The notes beneath the pieces are model-generated. The model was given only the letters and a program-made list of their open reading frames with translations. It searched no databases and was not told the DNA's origin. Below, in pieces: positions 38,855-49,600 of a stretch of DNA of 64,000 bases (its first letter is position 1; each line of letters begins with the position of its first letter). A program made the position numbers and the translations under genes. This stretch comes from Candidatus Eiseniibacteriota bacterium (lineage in GTDB: Bacteria; Eisenbacteria; RBG-16-71-46), in contig JBGPFC010000003.1 of assembly GCA_041483195.1 (NCBI GenBank), forward strand, positions 96,001 to 160,000. Reading direction: 5' to 3'.

Positions 38855-40807
38855 TCAACGGACCAGCATGAACCTCTGCGTGCAGGTCCGCTCCGCGGTC
38901 ACGAGGCGTCCGAAGTAGAGCCCGCTCGGGGCAGGACCGGCCGCGGTGCGCCCATCCCACACGTAATCGTGCCGGCCCGCCGCGGCGGGTCCATCGGCGA
39001 GGGTGGCCATCTCGTGACCGCCGACGTCGAAGACGCGAAGCTGCATCGGCCCGGATCGCGCGAGCGTGACCGTGAGCCGGCTCGATCCGCGCGCGGGATT
39101 CGGCGAGACCGGCGCGAGCGCCGTGCCCGCCCCCGGCCCATCGCCCACCGCGAGCGGATAGAGAATCGAGAAGGGCTGATCGTTGACGTCCTGGCCCGCG
39201 TGTCCGCTGGAGTCGTGGGCGACCACCTTGACGTACCCGTCCGAGGTCGCGGGCTCGGTCACGTACCACGGGATCGAGCCCGAGTTCGCGATGCGTTTCG
39301 CGATCGAAACAAAGTGGCCGGTCGGCCCATTGCGCGAGATCAGCACGTCCACCGATTGCACGCCCACGCTGTCGGTGGCGCTCCACTGAATGAGCGCGAG
39401 TTGCCCCATCGTCAGCGACGTGCCGCTGTTGGGCGCGAGCACGTGTACGGTGGGCCGGAGGCCGTCGGGGGTCGAGAACTGCCAGGCCGGACCGGTCACC
39501 ATGCTCGATCCGCCCTCGACCGTGACGTACCACTCGTATTGATCTCCGAGCGAGAGGCCCGCCCACGGCATCGTGACCGTCGACCCGGAGAGCACGCCGG
39601 GGACCCTTCCGATCAGCCGGAAATCGCGATCGCCGCCCTGCATGTCGAAGTCGAGCGTGAACTGGCTGCTGGAGTCCGCGTCGGTTTCATAACGGTCCAG
39701 CGTCGGCGAGTACGTCCGGAACCGGATCACGTTCTCGGCCGGGGAGAACTCGAGAATCCGCAGCCAGCCGTCGCCGCCGTTCGCCCGGTCCTGGTAGTCC
39801 GCCATCACTGAGTTGATGGTGTGCCCCAGCCAGGGGTCCACCCGCCGGCCCTCCTCGTGGACGTGCCCGCCCAGCATCAGGAACAGGTTCGAGTGGCCCT
39901 TGAGCCCGTTGTAGATGGCCTGCCCCTGCGGGCTGAAGCTCCCGGGATTGCCCTGCTCGATCAGGTAGTGCGTGGAGATGATGGCGTGCCGGTCGCTGTA
40001 GACCGTGAGCAGGCTGTCGGCCCAGTGCACGACCGGCGGTTCCTGGTTCCACATCAGCTGGAACCCGATCACGATGAAGTCGAGCCCGCCGGCGCTGAAC
40101 AAGTCGTAGAAGTTGTCGTTGTCGTTGCCGAAGTGCCCGCCGTAGTAGCTGCGCCCGGTGAAGCGGTTCGTGCCGAAGAACTGGTTGTAGAGGACCGTCG
40201 TCGAATTGCCCCCGTCGTGATTGCCCACACACACCGAGAACGGAATGCCTTCCGGCAGGGTGGTGGTGGCAGGGTCTTCGACCAGGCTCATCGCGTCGTC
40301 CGCGAACTGCCACTCGATGGGATTGCCGCCGTTGTCCCCGTTCTCGACGCAATCGCCGAGCTGGCACACATAGACGATGTTGCGCAGCGCGCGATTGGCG
40401 ACCACCCATTCGGTCTGCGCGCGGAAGATCGCGGGGGTGCCGCCGCTGATATACGAGACATAGTTCTGCGTATCGGGCAGATCGATCAGGGTGAAATCCG
40501 GCTGCGCGGCGGCGCCCAGCGGGCGGCCGTAGAACGAGACCGTGAGGGGCTCCGGAACGGGGTCGCTCACATCCACCGTCAGGTCCGGGGGCGTCGGCAC
40601 GGAGGTGGCGGAGGCGGCCGGCCAGACGAGGATCGGCGGCGCGGGACTGCCGAACGCCGGGGCGAGGAAGGGCGGGTGGGCGGATGGCCACAGCGCGAGG
40701 CCGCCAATCAGCGCGACGCTCCAGAGACGCGCGGCGATCGTCCCGACACGCTCGATTCCACGCGTGGGATCGGCCGACACGGCGACACGCTGCGGGGTGC
40801 TGCGCAC
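38855..40807 (-). CDS. Secreted calcineurin-like metallophosphoesterase with Ig-like domains and a FlgD-Ig/T9SS-type CTD
   Basis: LPDTQ, LGD, GNHD, TH, GHVH; CTD SPNPARG...VFDVGG...WDG...SGLYFGR. Start uncertain (40807 or 40837). Confidence 0.82.
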   Translation of the reverse strand: MRSTPQRVAVSADPTRGIERVGTIAARLWSVALIGGLALWPSAHPPFLAPAFGSPAPPILVWPAASATSVPTPPDLTVDVSDPVPEPLTVSFYGRPLGAAAQPDFTLIDLPDTQNYVSYISGGTPAIFRAQTEWVVANRALRNIVYVCQLGDCVENGDNGGNPIEWQFADDAMSLVEDPATTTLPEGIPFSVCVGNHDGGNSTTVLYNQFFGTNRFTGRSYYGGHFGNDNDNFYDLFSAGGLDFIVIGFQLMWNQEPPVVHWADSLLTVYSDRHAIISTHYLIEQGNPGSFSPQGQAIYNGLKGHSNLFLMLGGHVHEEGRRVDPWLGHTINSVMADYQDRANGGDGWLRILEFSPAENVIRFRTYSPTLDRYETDADSSSQFTLDFDMQGGDRDFRLIGRVPGVLSGSTVTMPWAGLSLGDQYEWYVTVEGGSSMVTGPAWQFSTPDGLRPTVHVLAPNSGTSLTMGQLALIQWSATDSVGVQSVDVLISRNGPTGHFVSIAKRIANSGSIPWYVTEPATSDGYVKVVAHDSSGHAGQDVNDQPFSILYPLAVGDGPGAGTALAPVSPNPARGSSRLTVTLARSGPMQLRVFDVGGHEMATLADGPAAAGRHDYVWDGRTAAGPAPSGLYFGRLVTAERTCTQRFMLVR

Positions 40808-41090
40808 GTTGGAGACTCCGCCCTGATGTGGCCGCATAGGGAGCGAGCGCCTCGGGTCCGATAGCGTGGCCCGCGAAACTCTCGGTCACCGCGCACGCCC
40901 GCACATCGCGCCGGGGCCGCAGGGACCGCCCGATCAGGCGAAACGGCCCACGCGAGCCCATACCATGATCGGGGAGATCCGGGACGCTGGCAAGGGCCGG
41001 TTCGAACGGCGATCGGAGCGGGCCCAGGCCCCGCGATGCGGGCTTGCACGCGCTCCCCCATCCCGGTCGTGGTCTCGGGGCCGCGCGAAG

Positions 41091-42602
41091 CTAGAACCAG
41101 CGGGTGATGACCACCTTCTTGTCGGTGTAGAACTCGATCGAGTCCTGACCGTGCGCCTTGAGATCGCCGAAGAACGAATTCTTGGCGCCGCCGAACGGGA
41201 AGAAGGCCATCGGCGCCGCGACGCCGATGTTGACGCCCAGCATGCTGGGCTCGACGCGATAGCGATACTCGCGCGCCCACTTGCCGCTGCTGGTGAAGAT
41301 GCTGGTGGCGTTGCCCAGCTCGTGGGCGCGGACGATCGACACCGCCTCGTCGAAATCCTTCGCCTTCATGAGACACAGCACCGGTCCGAAGATCTCCTCG
41401 CGGCCGATCGTCATCTCGGGCGTGACCCCGTCGAACACCGAGGGGCCGAGGAAGTATCCGTTCGGGTGGTTCGGATCTCGGAACTCGCGCCCGTCGAGAA
41501 TGAGCGTCGCGCCTTCGGCGATGCCCTTCTCGATGTAGCCGAGCACCTTCTCCCGGTGCTGCCGGGTGATGACGGGGCCCATCGTGATGCCGGGCTCGAG
41601 CCCGTCGCCCACCTTGAGCTTCCTCGCCTCGGTGACCAGCAGCTCGCGCATCTTCGCATGGGCGTCGCCCACCGCGAGCACGACGCTGTTCGCGAGGCAG
41701 CGCTCGCCGGCGCAGCCGAAGCACGACTCGGTCGAGATCGCGGCCGCGCGCTGCATGTCGGCGTCCGGCATCACCACCACGAAATTCTTGGCGCCGCCCA
41801 GCGCCTGCACGCGCTTGCCGTGCTCCGCGCCGCGTTTGTAGACGTACTGCGCGACCGGCGATGAGCCGACGAACGAGACGCCCGCGATCCCGGGATGCTC
41901 GAGGATGGCGTCCACCGCGTCCTTCGCGCCGTGGACGAGATTCACGACGCCCTCGGGGAGCCCGATCTCGTGGAACAGCTCGAACATCTTGATCTGCGAG
42001 AGCGGCACGCGCTCGCTGGGCTTCACGATGAACGTGTTCCCGCACGCGATCGCGTGCGGCAGGAACCACATCGGCACCATGGACGGGAAGTTGAACGGCG
42101 TGATCGACGCGAACACGCCGAGCGGCTGGCGCACGGTGTGACAATCGATCCCCGCCGCGATGTCCTCGAGCGAGGTGCCCATCATGCGGCTCGGAATGCC
42201 GATCGCGAGGTCCACGTTGTCGATCGCGCGTCGGATGCTGCTCCGCGATTCGTCGAGCGTCTTGCCGTGCTCGAGCGTGATGGTGCTCGCCAGGTCGTCG
42301 AAGCGCTTCTCCATGAGATTCCTGAGCGCGAACAGGAACCGCACGCGGTTCACCGGGGGCGTGGCGCGCCAGCCGGGGAACGCCTTCTGCGCCGCCTGCA
42401 CCGCGCGGTCCACGTCGCCGGCGGCTCCCAGCGGAACCTGCGCGAGCAGCTCGTCGGTGACGGGATTGCGAACGTCGCCGAAGCGCGTCGAGTCGGAGCG
42501 CGACCACAGGCCTCCGATGTAGTTGTGCAGGATTCGAACCGCCGACTCGTCCGCGGCTTCCTGGCCGTTCAGCACCGCCTGCTCGTCACGTGGCGCCGTC
42601 AT
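41091..42602 (-). CDS. mmsA: CoA-acylating (methyl)malonate-semialdehyde dehydrogenase
   Basis: ITPFNFP, KPSE, FVGS, RVQALGGAKN, GCAGERC, EEIFGP, APMAFFPFGG. GAGGAGG RBS. Confidence 0.93.
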   Translation of the reverse strand: MTAPRDEQAVLNGQEAADESAVRILHNYIGGLWSRSDSTRFGDVRNPVTDELLAQVPLGAAGDVDRAVQAAQKAFPGWRATPPVNRVRFLFALRNLMEKRFDDLASTITLEHGKTLDESRSSIRRAIDNVDLAIGIPSRMMGTSLEDIAAGIDCHTVRQPLGVFASITPFNFPSMVPMWFLPHAIACGNTFIVKPSERVPLSQIKMFELFHEIGLPEGVVNLVHGAKDAVDAILEHPGIAGVSFVGSSPVAQYVYKRGAEHGKRVQALGGAKNFVVVMPDADMQRAAAISTESCFGCAGERCLANSVVLAVGDAHAKMRELLVTEARKLKVGDGLEPGITMGPVITRQHREKVLGYIEKGIAEGATLILDGREFRDPNHPNGYFLGPSVFDGVTPEMTIGREEIFGPVLCLMKAKDFDEAVSIVRAHELGNATSIFTSSGKWAREYRYRVEPSMLGVNIGVAAPMAFFPFGGAKNSFFGDLKAHGQDSIEFYTDKKVVITRWF

Positions 42603-42750
42603 GGTGAAGCAACCTCCTCGATAATCGGGTGTCGGGCGGCGCGGGCCCGGTGGGCCGCGCCCGATATCGCCCCGCAGGATACACCTTCCCGCGCCCGAGT
42701 GTCGCGGGCGAAACCCGGATCCCGGGCCCCTCGCAACGGCGGCGCGGGCC

Positions 42751-43302
42751 TCAGCCGCGGGGAAATACCGAGCGCCGCACGTCCCGAAACACCTGCCGCA
42801 TGTGCTTCCAGGCCACCCGCTGCTTCGGGCCCCCGAGCCTCGCGAGCGGGACCCACTCGGCACTCGCGGCGTCGTCGGCCGCGCGCGGGTTGCCCGAGAT
42901 CCAGCGCGCGATGTAATAGAAATTCATCGTCGGGAAATATCCAAAACCGCGCAGGTAATAATGGTCCCAGTAGAACCCGAGCCAGTCGAGCTTCGAGACC
43001 CGCAGCCCGGTCTCCTCGCGCAGCTCGCGCCGCGCCGCGCCCTCGATGGACTCGCCCGCCTCCATGAACCCGCCGGGGATGTCGAGGCACCCCAACCGCG
43101 GGCGATGCGCGCGGCGCAGCATGAGCAGGGCGTCTCCCCTCATCACCACGACGCCGGCGCACGGGCGCGGGTAGTCGTAGATGAGATAGCGGCAGCGCGG
43201 ACAGGTGAGGGTGCGCGGCCCGCCGCTCCGCACGCGCGAGGCGTCGCGCCGGATCGGCCGCCCGCAGCGCGCGCATGGAAATTTCGCGCCGGATCCGGTC
43301 AT
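42751..43302 (-). CDS. Nudix hydrolase with N-terminal zinc ribbon
   Basis: CARC...CPRC; Nudix box GGFMEAGESIEGAARRELREETG; ATGA overlap with the upstream gene. Confidence 0.9.
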   Translation of the reverse strand: MTGSGAKFPCARCGRPIRRDASRVRSGGPRTLTCPRCRYLIYDYPRPCAGVVVMRGDALLMLRRAHRPRLGCLDIPGGFMEAGESIEGAARRELREETGLRVSKLDWLGFYWDHYYLRGFGYFPTMNFYYIARWISGNPRAADDAASAEWVPLARLGGPKQRVAWKHMRQVFRDVRRSVFPRG

Positions 43303-44135
43303 CGCGCGCTCACCGAGATCACGGCCGGCAGCGGCACCTCAGCCCCGGGCGGGTCGTCCCCGCCGGGCTTCGCCTTCCATCGCCCGAAGGTCGCGTAGCG
43401 AAACCCGCCGGCATCCACGCACAGCTGCGCCTCGGAGCCGCCGTCCATCGACATGGCGCGCGTGAGCTGGAGCGGCGCGCGCTGAATGAGCCGCGCGAAG
43501 TCGCGCAGCGTGTAGCCGCCCTCGGTGGTGATCACCACCAGCCAGCCACGACGATCCTGGCCGAGCGCGGTGCGGTTCGCGATGCGGTCGCTCTCGCGCA
43601 CGCGGATCCTGCCGGTGCTGTCGAACAGCATGAACGACTGGGCGATGTCCCGCCAGCGCGAGGCGCTGCGGTCGAGCGGCTCGGCCTCGAGGTCGAGGAT
43701 GCGCGCGGCCGCCGGGCCCGACACCGGCGAGGCGACCAGCGCCGCCTTGAACTCCGGATGCTCGCGCTTCGAGACCACGTGGCCGTTGCTCACCAGCATG
43801 CCCATGTACGACCAGTCGGGATAGAACTGCCCGGCGTTGAAAACGGCGTGCGCGCCGGTCAGCCGCTGCCACTCGACGATGCCGGGCGGCGCGTCCACCG
43901 CCTCCAGCGAGTAGTGGTGGACGCGCACGATGGTCTGGGCGGGATCGATGCGGAGCAGCGCGATGTCGGGCGAGCCCTGGCGGCAGAACGGGGCCCCGCG
44001 TATGGTCGCGAACTCGAGGCCCGGCCGGAGCGTCCGCCAGTGCGGCGCGCCGCTGCCGTGGAGCACGAGATACGTGCCGGCCGCGAGCGCCGCGAGCGCC
44101 GCCAGGCGGCCGATGGGGACTCGACGGTAGGGCAT
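43299..44135 (-). CDS. Phosphodiester glycosidase (NAGPA-like) family protein, exported
   Basis: N-terminal hydrophobic segment; FNAGQF, RTALG, AMSMDGGSEA. Start may be 44174. Confidence 0.8.
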   Translation of the reverse strand: MPYRRVPIGRLAALAALAAGTYLVLHGSGAPHWRTLRPGLEFATIRGAPFCRQGSPDIALLRIDPAQTIVRVHHYSLEAVDAPPGIVEWQRLTGAHAVFNAGQFYPDWSYMGMLVSNGHVVSKREHPEFKAALVASPVSGPAAARILDLEAEPLDRSASRWRDIAQSFMLFDSTGRIRVRESDRIANRTALGQDRRGWLVVITTEGGYTLRDFARLIQRAPLQLTRAMSMDGGSEAQLCVDAGGFRYATFGRWKAKPGGDDPPGAEVPLPAVISVSAR

Positions 44136-44278
44136 GAGGATTCGATTGTGAGCGTCGCGCGCCGCGCGAGTCAACGACGCGCGCCGCCCCGCGACGGCGC
44201 GCTGCGTTCAGCCCCCATTCAGGTCTCGTTCCGATAGTGTGCGAGACACTGCCGCCCGCGACCCCGGGAGGAGATCGC

Positions 44279-45667
44279 ATGACCGCTGGCCGTCCATCGC
44301 ACGCATCGAACGCGGCGCATCGGGCGCGGCGCAGCATGTTCGTGATCGCATGCTGCTTCGCGCCCGGCCTCGCCTTCGTGTGCTTCGGCGTTCGCGGCGC
44401 GGCGGCGCAGGCCGCGCCGGAATCCCTCTCGGTGGACGACTGCATCGCCCGCGCGCGCCGCCTCGCCCCCGCCGTGCGGGCCGCGCGTGAGGCCCGCGTC
44501 GCTGCGGCGCTCGACTCGTCGGCCGCCGCGCTCAACCGCCGGCCCGCGCTCGCGCTGCGCGGCGACGCGACGCTCGCGCCCCGCGACTTCTACGATCCCG
44601 CCCTCACGAATCTCGGGCAGTACGACCTGGGCGCCGCTGCGGAATGGACGCTGCTCGACGGCGGCGGACGGCTGCGCAACCGTCTGCGCGGAGCGCTGGG
44701 CGCGGACGGGGCGCGTGCCGATCTGGCGCTCGCCTCGCGCGAGGCCGCGGCGCGCGCCGCGGCGGTGGCGCTCGATCTGCTGCGGCTCGCCGACCTGGGC
44801 CGCGTTCAGCTCGATGCGCTCGATTGGCTCGACCGCCTCGCGGTGCTGGTGAACGCCGGCGCGAGCGCCGGCACCCGCGGGCGCGCGGACGCGGTGCGGG
44901 TCGCGATCGAGCGCGACGCCGTGCTCGCGTCGCTCGAGTCCCTGCGCGAGCTCGAGGACGAGCGCCGGCGCGAGCTGGCCGCGCTGATCGGCCTCGAAGC
45001 GGGAGCCGGGGCGGCGCTGCGCGAGCCGGACGCCGGCCTGCCGCCGGTCCCGGCCGCCGGCGATTCGGCGGCGTTGCTCGAATCGGCCGATCGCGCGCCC
45101 GAGGTGCGGGCCGCCGAGGTGGCGGCCGCGACCGAGCGGCTCGCGCTGCTCGATGCCCGCGGCGCGGGCGCGATGCGGGTGGATCTCTCCGCAGACGCCG
45201 GGCTCGCCGGCACCGACCTCACCCGCGCGGTGCCCGACGATTTTCTCGCGTCGCACCCGGGCGCCACGTTCTCGGACCGGCTGCGCCGCGATCTCGGAGC
45301 CTCGGTGTCGATCGCGGTGCGGCTCCCGGTGCGCGACGCCTCGCGGCCCCGCGCCTCCGGCGCCCGAGAGGCGGCGCTGCGCGCGGCGTCGATCCGCGCG
45401 GAGGACGCGCGCGCGCGGCGGCGGCGCGAGGCGCTCGACCTGCTCGCGCGCTGGCGGAGCGCGGCGCGCCGCTTCGAAGCCTCGCGCGTCGCGGCGGGTC
45501 GCGCGTCGGATCATCTCCTCTATTCGCGCAGCCTCTACGCGGGCGGCGCGCTCTCCCTGCTCGAGTTGCTCGACGCGCGGCGCGCGGGCGACGATGCGCG
45601 CGAGCGGCTGGTCGATGCGCGAACCGAGTGCCGCGCTGCACGCTACGAGGCGGAGCTGACACGATGA
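44279..45667 (+). CDS. TolC-family outer-membrane efflux channel (divergent)
   Basis: GGGAGGAG RBS; LSVDDCIARA, Y.GG.LSLLELLDAR; first gene of a coupled efflux operon. Confidence 0.75.
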   Translation: MTAGRPSHASNAAHRARRSMFVIACCFAPGLAFVCFGVRGAAAQAAPESLSVDDCIARARRLAPAVRAAREARVAAALDSSAAALNRRPALALRGDATLAPRDFYDPALTNLGQYDLGAAAEWTLLDGGGRLRNRLRGALGADGARADLALASREAAARAAAVALDLLRLADLGRVQLDALDWLDRLAVLVNAGASAGTRGRADAVRVAIERDAVLASLESLRELEDERRRELAALIGLEAGAGAALREPDAGLPPVPAAGDSAALLESADRAPEVRAAEVAAATERLALLDARGAGAMRVDLSADAGLAGTDLTRAVPDDFLASHPGATFSDRLRRDLGASVSIAVRLPVRDASRPRASGAREAALRAASIRAEDARARRRREALDLLARWRSAARRFEASRVAAGRASDHLLYSRSLYAGGALSLLELLDARRAGDDARERLVDARTECRAARYEAELTR

Positions 45668-46650
45668 GGATCGCACGCGGAGGGCTGGCGGCGGTGCTGC
45701 TCCTGATCGCATGCGCCGGCTGCGGATCGCGCGCCGGACGCGAAGGGGACGCCGCAGATTCGGCGGCCGAGCCGGTGGTCGCGGTGCGCGTTCGCGCGCT
45801 CGAGGTGCGCCGGGTCGGCGACGTCGTCGCGGCACCCGGACGCTGGCGTGCGGCCGGCGAGATCACGATCGCCGCGCCGTTCGCGGCGCGCCTCGACTCG
45901 CTCGGGCCGCGGGCGGGCGACGCCGTCGAGAGCGGAGAGCGCGTGGGCTGGCTCCTCACGCGCGAATCGCTCGCGGCCCTGCGCGGCGCCGAGCTGATCG
46001 CGCTAAGGGCGCGCGATCCGGCCGCGCGCGACGACGCCGCGCGCGCGCTGGAGCTCGCCCGCCGCGAGCTGGTGCGCGTGCCGATCGTCGCGACCGCCGC
46101 CGGCACCGTCGTGCGGCGCGCGGTCGAGCCGGGCGCCGAGGTCGCGGAAGGGACCGAGCTGCTGAGCATCGTGCCGAGCGGCGGAATCGTGTTCGAGGTC
46201 CACGTCGGCGCCGCCGAGGCCTCGCGCCTCAGGGCCGGGCAGGACGCGACCATCCGCGACGACGGCGGCGGCACGCGACGCGCGCGGCTCGAGCGCCTGC
46301 TCCCCGCCGCGAACGCGAGCGATCAGACCACGCTCGCCTGGCTCGTGCCGCGCGCGGAAGCGCCGCTTCCCGAGATCGAGCGCTTCGGCACCGCGACGAT
46401 CGAGGTGGGCCCGGCGCACGAATCGCTCATGGCCCCCGATTCGGCGCTGGTGGAGGACGATCTCACCGGCGAGACGCGGATCGCGCTGGTCGGGGCGGAT
46501 GGCCGCGCGCACTGGCGCACCGTGACGCTCGGCCCCGCGGCCGGGGGCTGGCACGCGCTGGCGTCGCCTCCGCTCGCACCCGGCACGCGCGCGATCGTCG
46601 AGGGGCAGCGCGGGCTCGCGGACAGCACGCGCGTCTCGGTCGCTCCGTGA
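45664..46650 (+). CDS. RND efflux periplasmic adaptor (MFP), lipoprotein
   Basis: ATGA overlap; lipobox-like LLIAC/AGC; IAAPF, PIVATAAGTV, PG..V..G..L, IVEG..GL. Confidence 0.85.
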   Translation: MRIARGGLAAVLLLIACAGCGSRAGREGDAADSAAEPVVAVRVRALEVRRVGDVVAAPGRWRAAGEITIAAPFAARLDSLGPRAGDAVESGERVGWLLTRESLAALRGAELIALRARDPAARDDAARALELARRELVRVPIVATAAGTVVRRAVEPGAEVAEGTELLSIVPSGGIVFEVHVGAAEASRLRAGQDATIRDDGGGTRRARLERLLPAANASDQTTLAWLVPRAEAPLPEIERFGTATIEVGPAHESLMAPDSALVEDDLTGETRIALVGADGRAHWRTVTLGPAAGGWHALASPPLAPGTRAIVEGQRGLADSTRVSVAP

Positions 46651-49600
46651 TCGGCGCCTTCGACTTCCTGCGCGCCCAGCGCCGCGCGCTGCTCTTCACG
46701 ATCTGCTGCCTCGCGGCGCTGGGCGTGGCCGCCGGCCTCACGCTGCCGGCCGCGATCCTTCCCGAGGTGACGTTCCCGCGGATCACCGTGATCGCGGACA
46801 GCGGCGAGCGCCCCGGCGACGAGATGATGCGCGCGGTGACCCGCCCGCTCGAGCAGGCGGTGCGCCGGGTGCCGGGGGTCCGCGAGATCCGCTCGATCAC
46901 GAGTCGCGGCTCGACCGAGATCAACATCGACTGCGCGTGGGGAACCAACATGGAGCTGGCGCTCCAGCGCGTGCAGGCGGGCATCGGCGCGGCGCGCGAG
47001 CGGCTCCCGGCGGGGACCGCGGTGGACGCGCGGCTCATGAACCCCGCGCTGTTCCCGGTGCTGGGCTACTCGCTCACCTCGGATCGCATGAGCCTCGCCG
47101 AGCTGCGGGACTTCGCCGTCATGCGGCTCCAGCCCGAGCTGGCGCGGCTGCCGGGCGTGGCGGAGGTGATCGTCCAGGGCGGACGGCGGTTCGAGGCGCG
47201 CGTCGCGCTCGATCCCGCGACGCTCGAGGCGCGCGGGCTCGACGCGGCTTCGGTGGCGGACGCGATCCGCCGCGCGGGCGAGCTGGAGTCGGTGGGGTTG
47301 CTGGACGCGAACCGCCAGCTCTACCTGGGCCTCGCCGACGCGCGCCCGCTCGACCTCGCGAGCCTGAGCGCGATGCCGATCCCGGTCGAGGGCGGGCCGC
47401 CGGTGCCGCTCGGCGCGCTCGGCCGGGTGTCGCTCGAAGAGGCTCCAGAGTTCACTCGCTACGCCGCGCAATCGGGCGAGGCGGTGCTGGTCAACCTGCT
47501 GCGCCAGCCGTCGGCCAGCACCATCCGGCTCGCCGACGAGTCGCGCCGCTGGCTCGCGGAGCACCGCGCCGCGCTCCCTCCCGGCGTGCGCATCCAGACG
47601 TTCTACGATCAGTCGGAGCTGGTGCGCGCCTCGCTCGGAAGCGTCGAGGAGAGCCTGCTGATCGGCGCGCTGATGGCGATCGCGGTGGTCGCGCTCTTCC
47701 TCGGGAGCCTGCGCATGGGGCTCGGCGGCGCGCTGGTGCTGCCCGGCAGCATCGCGCTCACGCTGCTGGGCTTCGCGCTCGCCGGCCAGTCGCTCAACAT
47801 GATGACGCTCGGCGGGATCGCGGCGGCGGTGGGGCTGGTGCTCGACGACGCGATCGTGGTGCTCGAGCATCTCGCGCACCGCGCCTCGTATGGAGAGGCG
47901 TTCGCGGGCGTGTCGGTCGCGATGGCGGAGATCCTGCCGTCGGCGGTGGGCTCGAGCCTCTGCACGATCGCGATCTTCGCGCCGTTCATGTGGCTGGGCG
48001 GCGTCGCCGGCGCGTTCTTCAAGGTGCTCGCGCTCGCGATGGCGCTGATGCTCGCCGCATCGCTGTTGCTGTGCGTCGCCGTGCTGCCGCTGGTGGTGCG
48101 CCCGCACACGAAGCCGCCTCGTCCTCCACGCGCGGGGCCGGGCCGCCTCGGCGCCATCGCGCGCTACGCCACCACCCACGCGTGGGTGGGCATCGTGACG
48201 CCGCTGGTGCTGATCCTCGCAATCGTGCCGCTCCAGGCGACGCTCGGCACCGGCTTCCTGCCCGAGATGGACGAGGGCTCGCTGATCATGGACTTCTTCT
48301 CGCCGCCCGGAACGTCGCTCACCGAGACCGACCGCATGCTGCGGCAGGTCGAGAAGTCGATCGACGCGACGCCCGAGGTCGAGGCCTGGTCGCGGCGCAC
48401 CGGCGATCAGCTCGGGTTCTTCGTCACGGAGCCCAATCACGGCGACTACGTCTTGAAGCTCAGGGCGCGGCGGACGCGCGATGCCGAAGCGGTGGCCGAC
48501 GATCTGCGCGGGCGCATCGCGGCCTCGCAGCCGCAGCTCGAGATCGAGTTCGGGCAGCTGGTGGAGGACGTGATCGGCGATCTCACCACCAATCCGCAGC
48601 CGGTCGAGGTGCGCCTGTTCGGCGAGGATCGCGCGCTGATGCGGACCCGGGCCGAGGACGTCGCGCGCATCCTGTCGAACGTGCGCGGCGTGGTGGACGT
48701 GAAGAGCGGCATCGTCGAGAGCGGGCCCAACGTCTCGATCCATCCGTCGGCCGCCGCGGCGCGCCTCGGGCTCGGCATCGACGATCTCGCGCGCGCCGTC
48801 ACGCCTTCGGTCGCGGGCCTCGACGCCGGGCAGATCGTGCGCGGCGCGCGCGCCTGGCCGGTGCGCGTGACGCTCTCGGGGCTCGCCGGCGCGACGCGCC
48901 CCGATGCGCTCGCGGACGTCCGCGTGCCGGTCGCGCGCGGGCAGTGGCGCCGGCTCGGCGATCTTTCGACGCTGCGGATCGAGGCGGGCGAGACCGAGAT
49001 CGCGCGCGACGACCAGCGCACCATGATCCCGGTCACCGCGCGGCTCTCGGGCCGCGACCTGGGCTCCGCGATGACCGAGATCCAGCGCGTCGTGCGCCAG
49101 GGGCTCGCGCTCGCGCCCGGCATGACGGTGCGTTACGCCGGCCTGTGGGAGGAGCAGCAGTCGTCGTTCCGCGAGCTGGCGGCCGTGCTGTTCGCGGCCG
49201 CGGCCGCCGTGCTCCTCATCCTGCTCGCGGCGTTCCGCTCGTGGCGCATGAGCGGCGCGCTCATGGTGGTCGTGGTCGCCTCGCTGTGCGGCGTGTTCGT
49301 CGCGCTCCACGCGGGCGGCGCGACCTTCAACATCTCGAGCTTCGTCGGCGCGATCATGATGGTGGGCGTCGTGTCCGAAAACGGCTACTTTCTCGTCGCG
49401 GCCCATCGTGCTGCGCTGCGCGATGGGGCCGCGCCCTCCGCGGCGGCCGAGGCGGCCGCCCGGCGCCGCGCGCGGCCGGTGCTCATGACGACCGCGGCCG
49501 GCGTCGCGGCGCTCGCGCCGCTCGCGCTGGGCATCGGATCGGGCAGCGCGCTGCTGCGGCCGCTCGCGCTCGCGGTCGTCGGCGGATTCCTGAACTCGGC

